From Setoptus koraiensis (lineage: Eukaryota > Animalia > Arthropoda): DNA of 64,000 bases. A program made the translations under genes and the position numbers. The notes under the pieces were generated by a model that searched no databases, was not told where the DNA came from, and worked only from the letters and a program-made list of their open reading frames with translations. Within the stretch, counting starts at the first letter, position 1. Each line of letters begins with the position of its first letter. The stretch covers positions 16,988,001-17,052,000 of the forward strand of contig CM106586.1 in the NCBI GenBank assembly GCA_048013815.1, written 5' to 3'. Shown one piece after another: positions 1 through 13,654 of this stretch.

Positions 1-3000
1 AATGTTGATTAATTCTTCACTCATGCCATCTCTCTATTTTGTGCATTGCACAATATAAAACATGCCTGCTTGATTAGACTTTAATTGATTTTATTCCGCT
101 CTCATCCAATACAACCCAGTAAGATCCGATACAATCCGATCCGATCCCATCCTAACCAATCTCGTTTAGTCTGGCTCGTCTTGTCTTGTCTTGTCTCGCC
201 TGGTCTGGTCTGGACTGGTCCAGTTGATTCGGTACATCTAATGCTCATAACGATGCTACATGGGCATTACATTTTTGCTACGATTTAGTAAATGACAAGC
301 ACCGAACAACACGGATTTTATCATGTCTAAAAATAGAGAAAGGGTTAGTATTGTATATTAATTATTATGCATAGCAATAACCGGTGCACTAATGCCCAGC
401 TAGCAATTAAAACCTCTTCCCATTATTATATACACAAGAGCACATAGAAACATGGACACACAGACAATTCATAAATGCTAAACACAAGTGATCGTGATGA
501 TGCTGATTGTTGAACGGCCGGATTGTTTTTCATACGGCTAACGGCTTCACGAAGCTCAATCCAATCAATTATATAACGCTTATCGTCTGGCAAAAAGTTT
601 ACTCTATCGCTAATTTGTTCAACTATTAGCTAGGTGATTCTAACTGGCTTGCCATTTGATAGCGAGCCAGTAAGTTGAGGCTCAAGGTAAAACGAGTGTG
701 TATTGTTGTTGTTGTTGTTGTTGCTGTTTTGCAACAACAGGCTAGCGCAATCGTGAAACGCCTCCTCAATTCTTTTTCCTGTTTCTACCTATCACTAGTA
801 ATGCTGTTACGGGTGTCATTATTACATAATATGTATATATATATTAATATGTATACATGTATGTATGAATGAGCCAATGAATGTATGTATGTATGCTTAC
901 GATGATAGAAATAGAACCAATCTACCTGGCAAGCGCGCCGCTGCAATTGACAGAACAGTGACTTGATATTCTATCCAGGATATGAAATAAAATAACTTCA
1001 ATCTATGTGGACACCTTGTCTGTGTCGAATTGCCAAGCAATTCAATTGGTGCAATTTAAACAAATCAGTTGGTTGCGTTGTATGTGGTGCTGACTTATGT
1101 GTAAATTATGGTCGTATCAGTAATTTGTAATATAGATACTGATGTTTCGAAGCAGTGAAAAGAAAAGGAAAACCACTGGAGTGCAATGGTTGAGATTATT
1201 ACCAGAGTACAATTAGTCTAATACGCATCAGTTGTTGAGGTGGGGAGAGAGAGAAAGAGATAGGATTGTTGCTGCTAACTCTACTTGTTGGCATTGATGC
1301 TGAAACAATATAAATTTTTTCTCTTTCTGTTAACAACAATGAGAATTTTTGTATCCACAACTGACTGTATGTCGATCAACAACCAGTTGTTGTCGAGCTA
1401 GCCAATAGGCCAGATAATAATACAACAATAATTTCGGCGTGTGTGCCTGTTGCCCCATCAATTGAGCAGTTACGTTTCATATTATGCCATTGCCATGGCA
1501 CCACCACCAAACAACAAATCCACACATTTAATTATAGTGGTCACCTTATTACGACTACCACAACTACTTGGACTCATTAGGACGCTCACTCTCGCTGCTG
1601 ATTGGCCTGTTAATTCGTATACAATAAAAACAGCTCACACCCACACGAGTGGCTTGATGATAGCATCAGCTTCAGCTAATTGACCCTCTTTATAATCTCG
1701 TTCTCTTTCTCTCTTCATGTCTGACACCTTTGTGTATCTATCTATATTATTAATTGGACGAAGCTTATTGTCGTTGAATCTTTAGCACAATCTTTTTTTT
1801 TCCACCAGACGCAATAGTCGTAGAGTGTGTGTTTTGACTAATAATCTGGATTCTTTCAGCGAGATAGTTGAGCGAAGAAATCCAGTAAAGCCATCGCATG
1901 TTGTTCACATTGACAAAATGGTAGCCGCCTCTGATGGTTTCAAAAAATTAGTGATAGTCACGTTTCTCTAGCGAGACTTTTATAAACGAACATTTCCTCC
2001 TGTTGCTATCAGTTTGTCATCTGCTTCTCTCAAACAAACCAAATCTTCTATCAGTGAGTTAATCAGTGTGTTTGTATATATGGGCCAGTGAATTAATTAG
2101 ATGCATGTTGATCAAGAGGCACAAAAATTGTACCATGTTCTGTTAGCGATGATCTAGCGATAACAGAAGAGCTTCCGACTTCACACAACTTCACACAACT
2201 TCGGGCAACTGCAATAGTCGCTGAGCATAAAGTAGACCTGAAAAGATCTGACGGTGATGGGGAAGGATCTCGTTTGTGGTCGAAACGATCATTCTCCAGA
2301 GATTCATACCCAGCGGATTAATCATGTTCACAATGTTAGTCGATTGGAATATAGTCCTTGGCTATGGTTCGATGATTATAACTGATCTAGCATGAGATGG
2401 AATCGTCATTTGTAAGCGCAACTTTTCTCAAAAATTCTTCCTCTCGCAAGCTAACGGACATCACTGCCGCACCCAAGTTTTGTTCGAAACTATCAAAACG
2501 CTCCTCTCAGCAACCTGAATCAGTTTTTTGCCCGGTTTGGGCCATATTACCGGTTTTTCTCATGTTGTAGAGACACTATGGAAAAATGCACGGCAATAAG
2601 CATCCGTGCACTAGGCCAAAATAGTAATTGGGGAGCAGCAAATATCTTGGTTCTTCATCCCAAGATTTGGCCCCAGTGCAATTTTTCGAAAGTCTTTTCT
2701 GTACACCTGCAAAATCGGTGACGGGGGAGGAAGCTTCTTTTACTGTAAAAGTTTTACGCGAAGGATGGATCTGCCCCGGTCACTGGGCCAAAAAAGTGAT
2801 TTAAACTTGGCGCGTCATAATTCATGAATGAATTGATACATGTGATTTTGAGATCCTTTCAGATAAAAACAAATAATTTTGTAGTAAAAAAATAAAAATA
2901 CGCGAATCGTCGGAGAAACATCTCGCCTTGAATGACCATTTAACAATGTTAGCCAATCCGGGTGGGTACAGGCCGGCCAAAGATTTAAATTTAATCATGT

Positions 3001-3041
3001 GCTAGTTGAAAGCATCCTCTAATAGTATCTAGAATTTTATT

Positions 3042-4132
3042 ATGTTGCTGTCTCATTTTCCCACAGAAGAAAAAGTTGACTCATACTACAAGAAATGTCT
3101 AGTGCAGGATCCCCAGAAAAGTGTTGCTATTGCAACTCTTAAAACTTTGATAGAGGTCTTGGAAAACGACAAGTCCATCACTGCAAGCCAATTAAGAGAG
3201 ACCATCCGAGATACAATTGATCTCCTTAAACAGATCGAGTCATCAATTCAGGTCGAATCTGTTGCCGAAATCTTTCTCAGGTTTATCACCTTGGATGTGT
3301 GCCGATACGACGTAAGTACTTTCGCTATCTCTAGCCAGCGATCCTATTAGGTTCGGATAGTAAATTGATTGAGAGAAATTCTCCTAAATCCCAGATTTTC
3401 ACCGAACTGAAAAGGGCCCTGTTGCTAAGGAGTAAAGAATTTTTGCAAAATAGAGTCATCAAAGCCAAAGCTCGGGTTGCAAAACAAGCAGAAAAGTTTA
3501 TAGCCAACAACACTGTGAGTATCTCTGCCATATAAAACTAATATAAATACTAGTGATAGCACATTCTTTTGATCTTCTAATCACCTTTTGTTTTTTTCGC
3601 AATATAGCGTATATTGATTCACGCTAGATCATTCACAGTATTTTTGTGCCTTAAACACGCCCGAGAATGTAATAAGAAATTCTTTGTTTATGTCACAGAG
3701 TCTAGACCGGATCAATCGGGACTTGAAATGAGTGCTATGTTGAAGGAAGAAAATATAGAGCACGAACTGATCATGGACGCCTCGATAGGAAATTATCTAG
3801 AGAAAGTGGATATGGTCATGGTCGGAGCTGATGGTGTATGCGAAAGCGGTGGCATTATAAACAAAGTTGGAACATTCCCTCTGGCCATATGTGCCACTGC
3901 TCTCAACAAGCCATTTTATGTTGTTGCCGAAAGTTACAAATTCATCAGAATGTTCCCTTTGAATCAGAGCAATATACATCCATTCAGAGCTACTGATGAC
4001 AGGCCCGGGGACACAGATTCCCAGCTCAATATCGATTACACCCCTCCATCTTATATAACATTGTTGCTAACAGATTTGGGCCCATTGACAACGGCGGCAA
4101 TCAGTGATGAGCTTATGAAATTGTACCTGTGA
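3042..4132 (+). CDS. EIF2B1: Translation initiation factor eIF-2B subunit alpha; exons 3042-3311, 3395-3514, 3608-4132
   Basis: Motifs ILIHARS, YVTESRP, VMVGADGV.ESGGIINKVGT, KPFYVVAESYKF and IDYTPPSYITLLLTDLG are typical of eIF2B-alpha; GT-AG junctions join the three exons in frame. Confidence 0.93.
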
Positions 4133-4239
4133 AGCACATATAATTAAACTAGAGTAAATTATTGTTTATGAATATATAACATTCTTATTGATGATATTCT
4201 AATTTGGTCTGGCATTTTGACATTCTCATCATGCGCTGT

Positions 4240-4559
4240 TTACACCTCTGGTGGAAGCAAATCTAAAGTAGCCAATGATTTTGCCGCATAAACGGCGGCA
4301 CCAAAAAATGTTACACACTTGATGAGACTCCTAGATTGCATGAGAATAAAAGATTAAGACCATGAATTAAGAAAGGTGAGTCGTAGGATCAGTATAATCG
4401 TAAAAAGGAGAAGAAGAAAATGATTCGCCATGCTGACCATTTGTAAGGATCCCTATAGACTCTATCTGCCATGGTTCTGATATAAGCAAATCTGGCATTG
4501 CTCGATACGGGCTTGAGCGCAGGTTTTTTTGTCTTCTTGAGCCTGATATTTCCGAACAT
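4240..4559 (-). CDS. TOMM6: Small mitochondrial outer-membrane protein, TOM6-like (70 aa); exons 4559-4438 and 4330-4240
   Basis: Manual translation gives MFGNIRLKKTKKPALKPVSSNARFAYIRTMADRVYRDPYKWSLIKCVTFFGAAVYAAKSLATLDLLPPEV across a 107-nt GT-AG intron that keeps frame. The C-terminal TM segment resembles metazoan TOMM6 (LGLFAAGVWLARNLSDIDLM) as recalled. Confidence 0.62.
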
Positions 4560-7130
4560 GATGAAGAAATTCGACTGATTTATGTATTAATCAAGGTGAT
4601 TCGAAGTTAATAGTTAATCAATTTACGATTGGTTCACGTTCGACATTGGTGAGTGAGTGCCATGTGTGCCATTGTTTTGTTTTTTCCTTTATCACGTTGT
4701 GCTGCACTTGAAGGTGGCGCGCAGTTCGAAACTATTTTATCGAAGTCGGGATTGTGACGGAAGTCTCGTGAACCACGAGTCGTGATGAATTACGTGGTAG
4801 AGCGTGTGGTTTGCTGAGGAGTGGTATCTCAACTATTCTGATTAAATATCTGTGATAATAATGTGTGACAAATCAGTAAGTGATAATGCAATGTACAATA
4901 TAAGTGGTCACTCAAGGTTCTCCCAAAGAGCACTGAGCTCAATGATCTCTACCGAGCACAATACATTAAGACTGGTCATCCTAGTCTCTCACAAGATCAC
5001 ACAATCGAACATTTTCCTCATCACCCGACTGTGGGGGTCATACGAGATGAGATCTTTTGGATCTAACTGGACAAAGGGTATCGATGTGCTCGTTGAAGAA
5101 TCGCAGTCACCATTCCTGATCTAATCTACAAACTAAATAAACAATGTACACACGAGATGCAAATTCTGCACATTTCGTTGAGAGTTAATGTCAGTGCCGG
5201 CTCTCAGGCCACCTCCTCTGGACAGATACTGAACACGATGCATTTGACAAGTTCATGTCATTTCTTTGGTGTTGTGTGACACGATTTGTGTCCGATTAAG
5301 CTAGCTTGGACCGTAGTTTTGCTGCTCACAGCTTCTGCTAAACATAGTCTGGCGAACACTTTTATAGCTAAGCCATGATTAAGTGCGCGCGCGCGCGCTT
5401 CTGTGTCTTCACTGACCGGACTGTCAATTTTGTGTCAACACTTCTGTCAAGTGACAAGATTGAATTCATTTATATTGCTTTCTTTTTTGAATATTGATCA
5501 GAAAGCATTAACAGTGCTCAGGGGGACACATTTAGTTGATATGAGCATGTACACAATGGCGTCTGTAGTAGTGTGATTGACAATAGGCTAGGATTTGCGC
5601 GTTCTTAGTAAGTAATGAAACCCTTGCCGACAGGTTAGCCCTGTTAGTGGGAGACCTTTCGATACGCGAACGTGCGAACCGACACACATCAATAGAGCTC
5701 CCGGGTGACTCATGATAACAGTAGACAGGAAGTGGCGCCGTCTAGAGGCTTGGTGGGCTCCTGTTTTTGTTTCGCCTCTTGAGTGGAAGACAAGCGCGAG
5801 ACGAGAGGAACCAAGGGCCACTAAACTAAAGCAAGCAGCAGTCTCTAAAACTGAAAATGTATACAACAGCGCGCAATATCTGGTTCTATTTGCGCACACT
5901 TCGCCGCTGATCTGTATTGAACAACTTCCCCCCCCCCTCTCCATCCTCCTCGTTCAGAACGTTTGGAGGGGAGCCGTAGGGACCTGGAGCGATAATAGTA
6001 TTTGAGTATATGAGGCCCCGTTTGGTTGAGTCATTTGTGACTGTGGTCACAGTGATGATTCCTATTCTCTCCCTCTTGTGCGCCTGTTGTGTACAAGAGT
6101 GCGCGCACACACACACACACAGTTATGGTGGAGGAACTAGAGGGGGGGGGGGATCAAATCGAATCAAAATCGTTTTTGTCGTTCTTATACAGCTTATCCA
6201 AGCGAACAGTGTCCCGACTTAGCAGTTTCTATACCTTGTTCTTGTCAGTGTGTGTGTGTGTGTGTGTGCAGTTGAGGGCACACAAAATGCCCTCAACTTT
6301 GCACAACACACACACACACAATTTTTGAGAACGAACGGTGGCAATGGGCGCGCAAAAGAGGAGATTAGGACAGCGAACAGAAAACAATTCGGTCGCACAC
6401 AATTGACGATAATAATGGCGGCTATTGTTGTTGCGCAACATGCACGCAGTTTGCGTTGTACGCGCACGTGATGAGGCACTGCAACAAAGTCTCGACTGTC
6501 GAGTGCATTTATGTGCAGCAGCAGCATATTAGTGCGTTGGGTGCCGCTGGAACAGCTGACAATTGCGCAACTCTAGCAGATCCTCATTCCGACAGCCCGT
6601 TCGTGTTATTATGCACAGAGCGTAATATTGTGCTGCACAGTCAGTGGCGAGATTATTATTGCATACTAAGACAGTGCGCCATTGGCGCAATAAGTTCTAT
6701 GACGAGTAGAACCAACCAACACAGGGACTATATGTGAGTCACTGGCATGCTACCAGCCAGAGTTATAACGCTAGTACATACAGTACTGTATTGTGAACAT
6801 TGTGCACAACGACGCTACACTGGTGATAGAACTATAAGAATGTTGGTGTGTGTGCGTGTAACACGGTCACTGCGAGCGAGCTACGTGTGATGGCTGTTGG
6901 GCAGCGAACCAACGACCGGTAGAGGTTGTTCGCCTCTATTATGCATTATAGCCGCGTTAGTTATTCGTTCGCTGACTGCAGGCGAACCAGGCAACCCAGC
7001 AGCCATCCTGCCGACCAATCGAACGAGTGAGCGGGTGAACGAATGAACCAATCTCACACCCCGCATATGCAGCGTATATAGTGCAAACGGGTGATAGAAT
7101 AGAACGGAATGATATATTTTATCGAACAGT

Positions 7131-7131
<1 letters not shown>

Positions 7132-7201
<70 letters not shown>

Positions 7202-7206
7202 CACAC
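7132..7206. repeat. (CA)n microsatellite, ~37 units with one interruption
   Basis: Read directly from the sequence. Confidence 0.97.
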
Positions 7207-7607
7207 TAACACCAATATTCGCTAGCGAACCAATATTGAACAACAAAGAGAAAGATTCATTGGTGCAGATTCATTGGAAATCGTCAACAACACATACACG
7301 CACACTCACTGTGAGCGAGCGAGTGAGCGAGAGTCACAACAGTCAACCTCATACAGTGTAGTGATAGTGGTGTCACATCCAATTCAATATCAAACAATAT
7401 GCAACTATCCAATCTTATTTTTTTGTATTATTATATCTATTTTATATCAAGACACACAGACACAGATTAGTGTTGCATCATCATCATCGATAATACATCA
7501 ACGACTTTATTACTATTATCATTATTATTATTACTACTCCTACCATCAGTACTTATTGTTTATTATCGACATTAGATTATTTATCCAGATTAAAGGAACA
7601 ACGATCC

Positions 7608-10600
7608 ATGGCGTCATACTCGAGCATATTATTTGATGGCAAGCCTGTGAAGAAACAATAATATCAATTTTAATTTCAATAGCGCCAAACAGCCCATCAG
7701 TGTCACCTGCTTGGTGCCGGCGACAGCTTGTCAAAGCAAAATCGCCAACATCTTTACACAAGAGATATTGGTATGCCCACAACAGATAGTCAAAATAAGT
7801 TTTATAGTAGTATCACCGACAAGACATAACGCCATCAATCACCTAAGGGATATTTCAAGCTAGTGAGTGCCAATGGTAATCAGCATCAATGTGTTTCCAG
7901 TTGTTAACCAGTGTTTGCGATTGTGCTCCTGCACGCCTGTCTTCTGCAATTCAAAACAACTGCCAGGAGATGAGTAACAAACCGTTGCCGTAGCAAAATC
8001 TCCAATGCTTTTAATGTTAATTTTGATCAATCCATATTCCACCATATTATTATAAACGGTCAGTCCAAATAATTTTTCATACACACAAGTCAACCAACGT
8101 AGTATGATTATACTAACAACTAGAGCAGCATTATTATCAACATCTAGTAATTTATTTCGCTGCTGCTGCCGCCACTGCTGTAATCAATTGTCATCATTCC
8201 ATTAGTTGCCGCCACCCGAATTATAATTATATTCTAACTCCAACAACGAAATCTACTACTGTTTTATAAGGCATAATCATCGTCAATCATATTATTGTCT
8301 TCCAACAATAAAGTCAACTTATAGAACCAATGATGACTTTCACATTGATGTTCGCCATATTCTCTGCCGTGCTTGGCATGTTCCAATTTGGTTACAATAC
8401 AGGAGTGATAAATGCACCTCAAAAGGTTAGTAGTAACTCTATGCGACATTGTCATGTTTAACACCAGCTAACCATCTTATTGTCTGACAAACTGGTTCAC
8501 TGGCCAGCTTGACAGCAATAGCTTGACACTACACAAATGCACGCATGCACGTCCGCACTTAGAAGTAGGACATGGCTTTGCACTTCACCAAAACATCATA
8601 ACAATACACACACAACACACGCTAGCTTACTTTCATAAACAATTTCAAGCCGCTATATATTGACATTCGTACCTTTTGTGCCGTGTTGACGTCAAGCTAA
8701 CAGTAAACATAGAATTGGGTGTCATAAATGCGTACCTTATCTGGCAGCCGCACGATTGCGTCATCCCTCTTTCTCGCTCAGAGATTATTTGACCGTTTAA
8801 AGGTGTCGTCAGTAACTCACGATTTGCGTGACTAGGTCATCTAATCTAGATGACACCTGCATTCCATGTATCGTGTACAGGGCCCTTTAAAGCTCACATG
8901 GTAGATGGTTCATACTATCTATTATTGATGGTACTTATAGCTATATATATGATATATAGTATATTTGATTTTTTCTAAAACTGGAAGAGAATGAACTAAC
9001 TCTGATGTCACTAAACTATCTGATTTTCTTATAGATCCTAGAAGAATTCATAGCCAATGTATACAAGAATCGCACTGGCGATTGGATTACTGAAGAATTC
9101 AGAGACTTTTTATGGTCGCTAACTGTCAGCATATTCGCAATCGGTGGAATGATCGGAGGCATCTCTGGTGGGGTAATTGCTAACAAATGTGGCCGAAAAT
9201 GGGGACTCTTTTTGAATAATGCGATTGCTCTTTTTGGAGTTCTGTTGATGAGTTCTAGTCACCTCATTCAAAGTATTGAATGTCTCATCATGGGTCGTTT
9301 TTTTATAGGTATAAATTGCGGTATGAGTACAGGTACGTGATCATAATCAATATAGTATTGAGAGAAGTTGTAAAACTTCGAATATATGCTTGTTAGTAAC
9401 ATGGGTTATTATCGTCATCTTTTATCTATCATGCAATTATAGTGCTCGTACCTATGTATCTCACTGAAATCTCCACTCTAAATATGAGAGGTGCACTCGG
9501 TAAGTTTAGTGAAATTTGAGAAACTCTACATATTCTGCTATCCTACGTAGAGAAAATACAATCGACCGTCTTCAATTATTATTATCAGGCACCGTAAGTC
9601 AGTTGGGAACAACCATTGGAATACTCTTATCTCAGATTTTGGGGCTGAAAGAGATACTTGGAACCAAGGATGGATGGCCTTTCTTATTTGGGTTCGCATT
9701 CATACCTGCTGTGCTTCAACTTATGTTTTTGCCTTTCTGTCCAGAGAGTCCTCGTTATCTATTGATAAGTAGGGGTAGAGTTATCGAAGCAAGAAAATGT
9801 AAGTGCGTCAAGTTGTATTGCACCTATGAATATTCTACTTCACCTAAGAGGTCTATCTAATCAAATTATGTTATAACTTACTAAAAGCTTTGCAACGACT
9901 GAGGAAAGATTCTGACATAGAGGAGGATATGGAGGAGATGCGAGCTGAAGATAGAGGCCAGCAAGCAGAGGCGAAGGTAAGACGTAATTTGATTTTTGTG
10001 TTGTTTCGCCACGTAACAGTATATGTGACATCTCATCAATCAAATTTGCTCCCTTTTTTCTTCAATGACAAACTATAGATATCTATGATGCAATTGATCA
10101 GGAGCAAAGTTCACCGGGCACCACTAATCATCGGTATTATGATGCAACTCGCCCAACAGCTTTCGGGTATTAATGCAATATTCTACTATTCAACGGACAT
10201 ATTTTTATCCGCTGAAGTACCTTCAGATTATGCCGTTTACGCTACAATGGGCGTCGGTACAGTAATGGTAGGTTCAGAAGTTATTACTACCCATTACGCT
10301 ACTTCGGCAAAACATTATCGCACACAATAACCAATCTATTTTGCCCATCGAACCAGGTAATCATGACATTAGTATCCATTCCTTTGATGGATCGCTTGGG
10401 GCGAAGAACTTTAACTCTGTATGGTCTAGCTGGGATGTTTTTGGCAAGCATCTTTTTGACAATTTCTCTACTAGTCAAGGTAATCTATAAAATCTAATCT
10501 CGCCCGTAAATAATTACAATTAATAACTTCAACTAACAATACTTAACTTTTAATGGTATTCAAACACAATTTAGTTTTTATACGATTGGATGAAGTATAT

Positions 10601-11270
10601 CAGTGTAATAAGTGTATTGGTATCTGTTTTATTTTTTGCCATTGGTCCTGGATCGATACCATGGATGATAACCTCTGAGCTTTTTTCCCAAGGACCGAGA
10701 CCCGCAGCCATGTCCATCTGTGTATTAGTGAACTGGTTAACCAACTTTGCCGTGGGATTAGCATTTCCCATGATGAAGGTAAAATTCGAGTTACTCGATT
10801 ATACAATTCAATCCAATCCAATCTAAAATATACTACTAACATGTTTTGTCTGATTTATCTCTATTCGTTTAGCGAACTTTGCAAAGTTATCTGTTTCTTC
10901 CATTTACAATATTCTTGGCAATCTTTTGGACATTTACGTATCATAAGGTAAGTGATAAGCTGAAACTACTCAGTAGTTACTACTGACAGGATTAAATTCT
11001 CACTCCATACTTGATCATTTCATTAATTTGTCCATTGGAATCATATTTCAGGTACCAGAAACTAAGAATCGTACATTTGAGGAAATATCCGCCTTGTTTA
11101 GACCGTTGGAAATACCCAGCTCGCCTACAAATTATGGTTCTAACCCAACAAATGGTGGTGACCCCAAAGGCTTCATTCCACCTGCTGTTGGCCAAATCCA
11201 AGTACCCAATAATGCTATGGGCGCTCCACAAATGCACCAATTTATGGTACTGAACACGGGAATGATGTAG
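7608..11270 (+). CDS. Glut1: GLUT1-like facilitated glucose transporter (MFS sugar porter); exons 7608-7638 (tentative), 8325-8425, 9035-9332, 9443-9499, 9589-9798, 9888-9976, 10079-10267, 10357-10479, 10575-10778, 10873-10947, 11052-11270
   Basis: Class I GLUT motifs [45 protein letters not shown] and [12 protein letters not shown]; splice junctions checked for phase. The first exon is tentative because it needs a GC donor. Confidence 0.93.
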
Positions 11271-11594
11271 ATTATCGAGTGATTGTCGACCCTCAGTCCA
11301 CACCACCCAGCCGAACGAACTGTTTATTCCAATACGGCCCAAGTTGCCTTAATTTTCCTTGATCACAAAGCATATGTCTGAATTAATAATGTTTCCACCT
11401 TATACAGTGACTCTCGTCCGTGATTTTTACAGTCGAACAAAAAAACATTGTCCTCATTATTATCAAGAAGTCCACCAATGGCATATCATGTTAGACGGAT
11501 TTATAAAAGATTTAATGATTGAATAAAAGGAAACCAGATCAAATAAAGAGAGCTGCTATAATAGATATGTTACACGGTTAATTTAATTGAAAAT

Positions 11595-12966
11595 TTATTG
11601 GGCTTTCGTTAATCTACGATCACGCTCTTCGGCAACGCTGAGTCTGACACCTTTGCCTTTCGGTAGCGAAATATATGGTTTCACTCCTTTACCGATGATG
11701 AAGATGTAATTGATCCTGCAGAATAGACATCGAATAGTAAGAAGAATGTAAATATTAAAATCATCTATTAGTTATATCTTGATAACAACGTAAAGCCTGT
11801 TGCAACACGTGATACTCAATAGCTTACCTAGTGGCAAATGTGTGTCCCTGTGAATCTTTCACGTGTACAATATCGAAACTACCAGAGTGGCGCTCTCTAT
11901 GTGCGATCACTCCTACACGACCTAAATTGTGACCTCCTGTAACCATACATAGATTACTAGTCTCAAACTTGATAAATTCCAAAATCTTGCCTGTTTTCAC
12001 GTCTACGCGAATAGTATCGTGCACTTTGATCAATGGATCTGGGTACCTTATTGTACGTCCATCGTGCGTAACTAAGTACGGTACTCCTTTGGGTCCCGTA
12101 CCTACCCTCTTAACACGACAAAGCTTGTATGAGGCCTCGTCGGCGGTGATACGGTGGAGAGCAAATCGTCCTTTTACGTCGTACAAAATACGGAAGAATT
12201 CCTTTGTTCTCTCTATTGACACGACATCTGTTCAAAGTAAAGACATGAAAAAAATATGAAAAGATTGTATTAATATAGGTAGCTTTTGACATCATCAATC
12301 AATGTTCCGAATGAAAGCATGTATCTCCGTTGGGTGATGCGCAAAAAGTATAGCTGAACCCGTTTCTAAAGGATCAAGCAACTCAGTGAGCGACCGTTTG
12401 GGGACCTCTTGATTTCGGCCCAGTTTTGAAAGCATTGTCCAAGAGTGTTTTGGACCTAATGCCTCTTCGATATAAGGGCCTTATCTCTCATTTTACGATT
12501 CATTCAGCAATGTAGTTTGTGTAACTAACCCATAAAACCTGTTGGAAAAGTGCTGTCTGTCCTCACTTTTCCATCAACTTTAATTGTACGCTGCATAACA
12601 ATTTTCGATACCTCCTTCCTCGTGAGAGCATACTTCAGTTTGTTTCTCAACATAATTATCAAGGGCAAAGATTCACGTAATTTGTGGGGACCGGGTGATG
12701 GTCTGGGTGCAAACACACCGCCTAATTTGTCCAACATCCATGCTTTTGGGGCGACGAGACGCTTTAGATGTTTCTTGGGTCCACGAGCCTAGGATGAAGT
12801 ACAGTTAATAAGAGGGAAGGGAGGAGTATATGTTGTTAAAAATGGTGGTGATTATGAAAGAGCAAAGTGAGTTTCTCTTAGCTTATTTAGCAACCTGTAT
12901 GACGTCTTCAGGAACGGCAGCTCGATAAATCTTGAACTCCTCTCCTATCACGACTCAACTTACCAT
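11595..12966 (-). CDS. RpS4: 40S ribosomal protein S4 (eS4), copy 1; exons 12966-12964, 12788-12530, 12227-11828, 11715-11595
   Basis: [36 protein letters not shown] and GGHNLGRVG are eS4 motifs; ATG-only first exon followed by GTAAGT. Confidence 0.97.
12317..12480 (-). ncRNA. Candidate intronic H/ACA snoRNA in RpS4 copy 1 intron 2
   Basis: Reverse complement of 45401-45564: hairpin, H box (AAATCA), hairpin, ACA plus 3 nt. Confidence 0.5.
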
Positions 12967-13062
12967 GATTAATATTCCCGGATATTAAGAAATGTTATTC
13001 AAGATGTTCAATAAATTATTATATCAATGTCGATTACACTTGAATATTTTCAATTTGGTGTT

Positions 13063-13071
13063 GGAAGAGAG
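13063..13071 (-). promoter_or_regulatory. TCT-like polypyrimidine initiator upstream of RpS4 copy 1
   Basis: CTCTCTTCC on the minus strand ~100 nt upstream of the ATG; TCT initiators are typical of ribosomal protein genes. Confidence 0.4.
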
Positions 13072-13300
13072 CACACTCATGGATTGCCAGATGGGTAAAT
13101 GGTTGGGGGATCAACAGTAAAGGGAAATGCTTTCAGAGATAGACTGCGCATGTTCAGTCGGCATAATTGAGCGCGAGATATGAAAAAATTTCTATTTTTT
13201 TTTTATTTTATTTAACCGAAGCTCTTGCAAGTTGCAATCAATGGCCTACTAAGGGCGAATAGAATTCTTTGTGTTGACTATAATAATTTATCTAGTCTGA

Positions 13301-13654
13301 CTAGCTCAATATCTCAAATTTTCTACCTGCTTCTAATCTTTGCAATAGATCTGCGCCATAGTGTTGTTTCATGGGCTTCTCAATTGTTTTTCTGAGATAG
13401 TCGTCTGCGAATTCGCGATGTCGCGTACCTTGCGAGGCCAGATATTGGTTTTCCTCTTCTTCGGTTATGTAAGGTTTTTCCAGATATTTGAGTACCTCCT
13501 CTTCGTTGCGCATCTTGAGCCACAGCATGTATCGATTTCCTCGTGTAACTGGCGGCACAAATCTGTGTTTTCCCTTGAGCGAGTTACCACGAAACTTGGG
13601 TTGCTGACCAATCCACATGGGATGATATTTGAGGAGTATCTGGGTTAATTTCAT
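13301..13654 (-). CDS. MRPL57: Mitochondrial ribosomal protein MRP63/mL63-like
   Basis: Intronless ORF from MKLTQILL; G.SLKGKHRFV, YLEKPYITEEEE and HYGADLLQRL resemble MRP63 (WIGKHRRPR, WLSMPYMTREQE, HRFIADQLDHL) as recalled. Confidence 0.78.
   Translation of the reverse strand: MKLTQILLKYHPMWIGQQPKFRGNSLKGKHRFVPPVTRGNRYMLWLKMRNEEEVLKYLEKPYITEEEENQYLASQGTRHREFADDYLRKTIEKPMKQHYGADLLQRLEAGRKFEILS

Noticed and set aside
85-2400. Short ORFs and pentamer, GTT and TATG simple repeats at the window start
   Set aside because: Low-complexity non-coding DNA; translations are repeat-derived and no gene model could be built.
2607-2795. Short imperfect inverted motifs (tgcactaggccaaa / tttggccccagtgca / cactgggccaaaa)
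   Set aside because: Too short and degenerate to call a MITE; no TSD.
12789-12963. Possible C/D snoRNA in RpS4 copy 1 intron 1 (GTGATAG...CTGA with a 3-bp stem)
   Set aside because: Box C is imperfect, the span is only ~55 nt and it is not conserved in copy 2.
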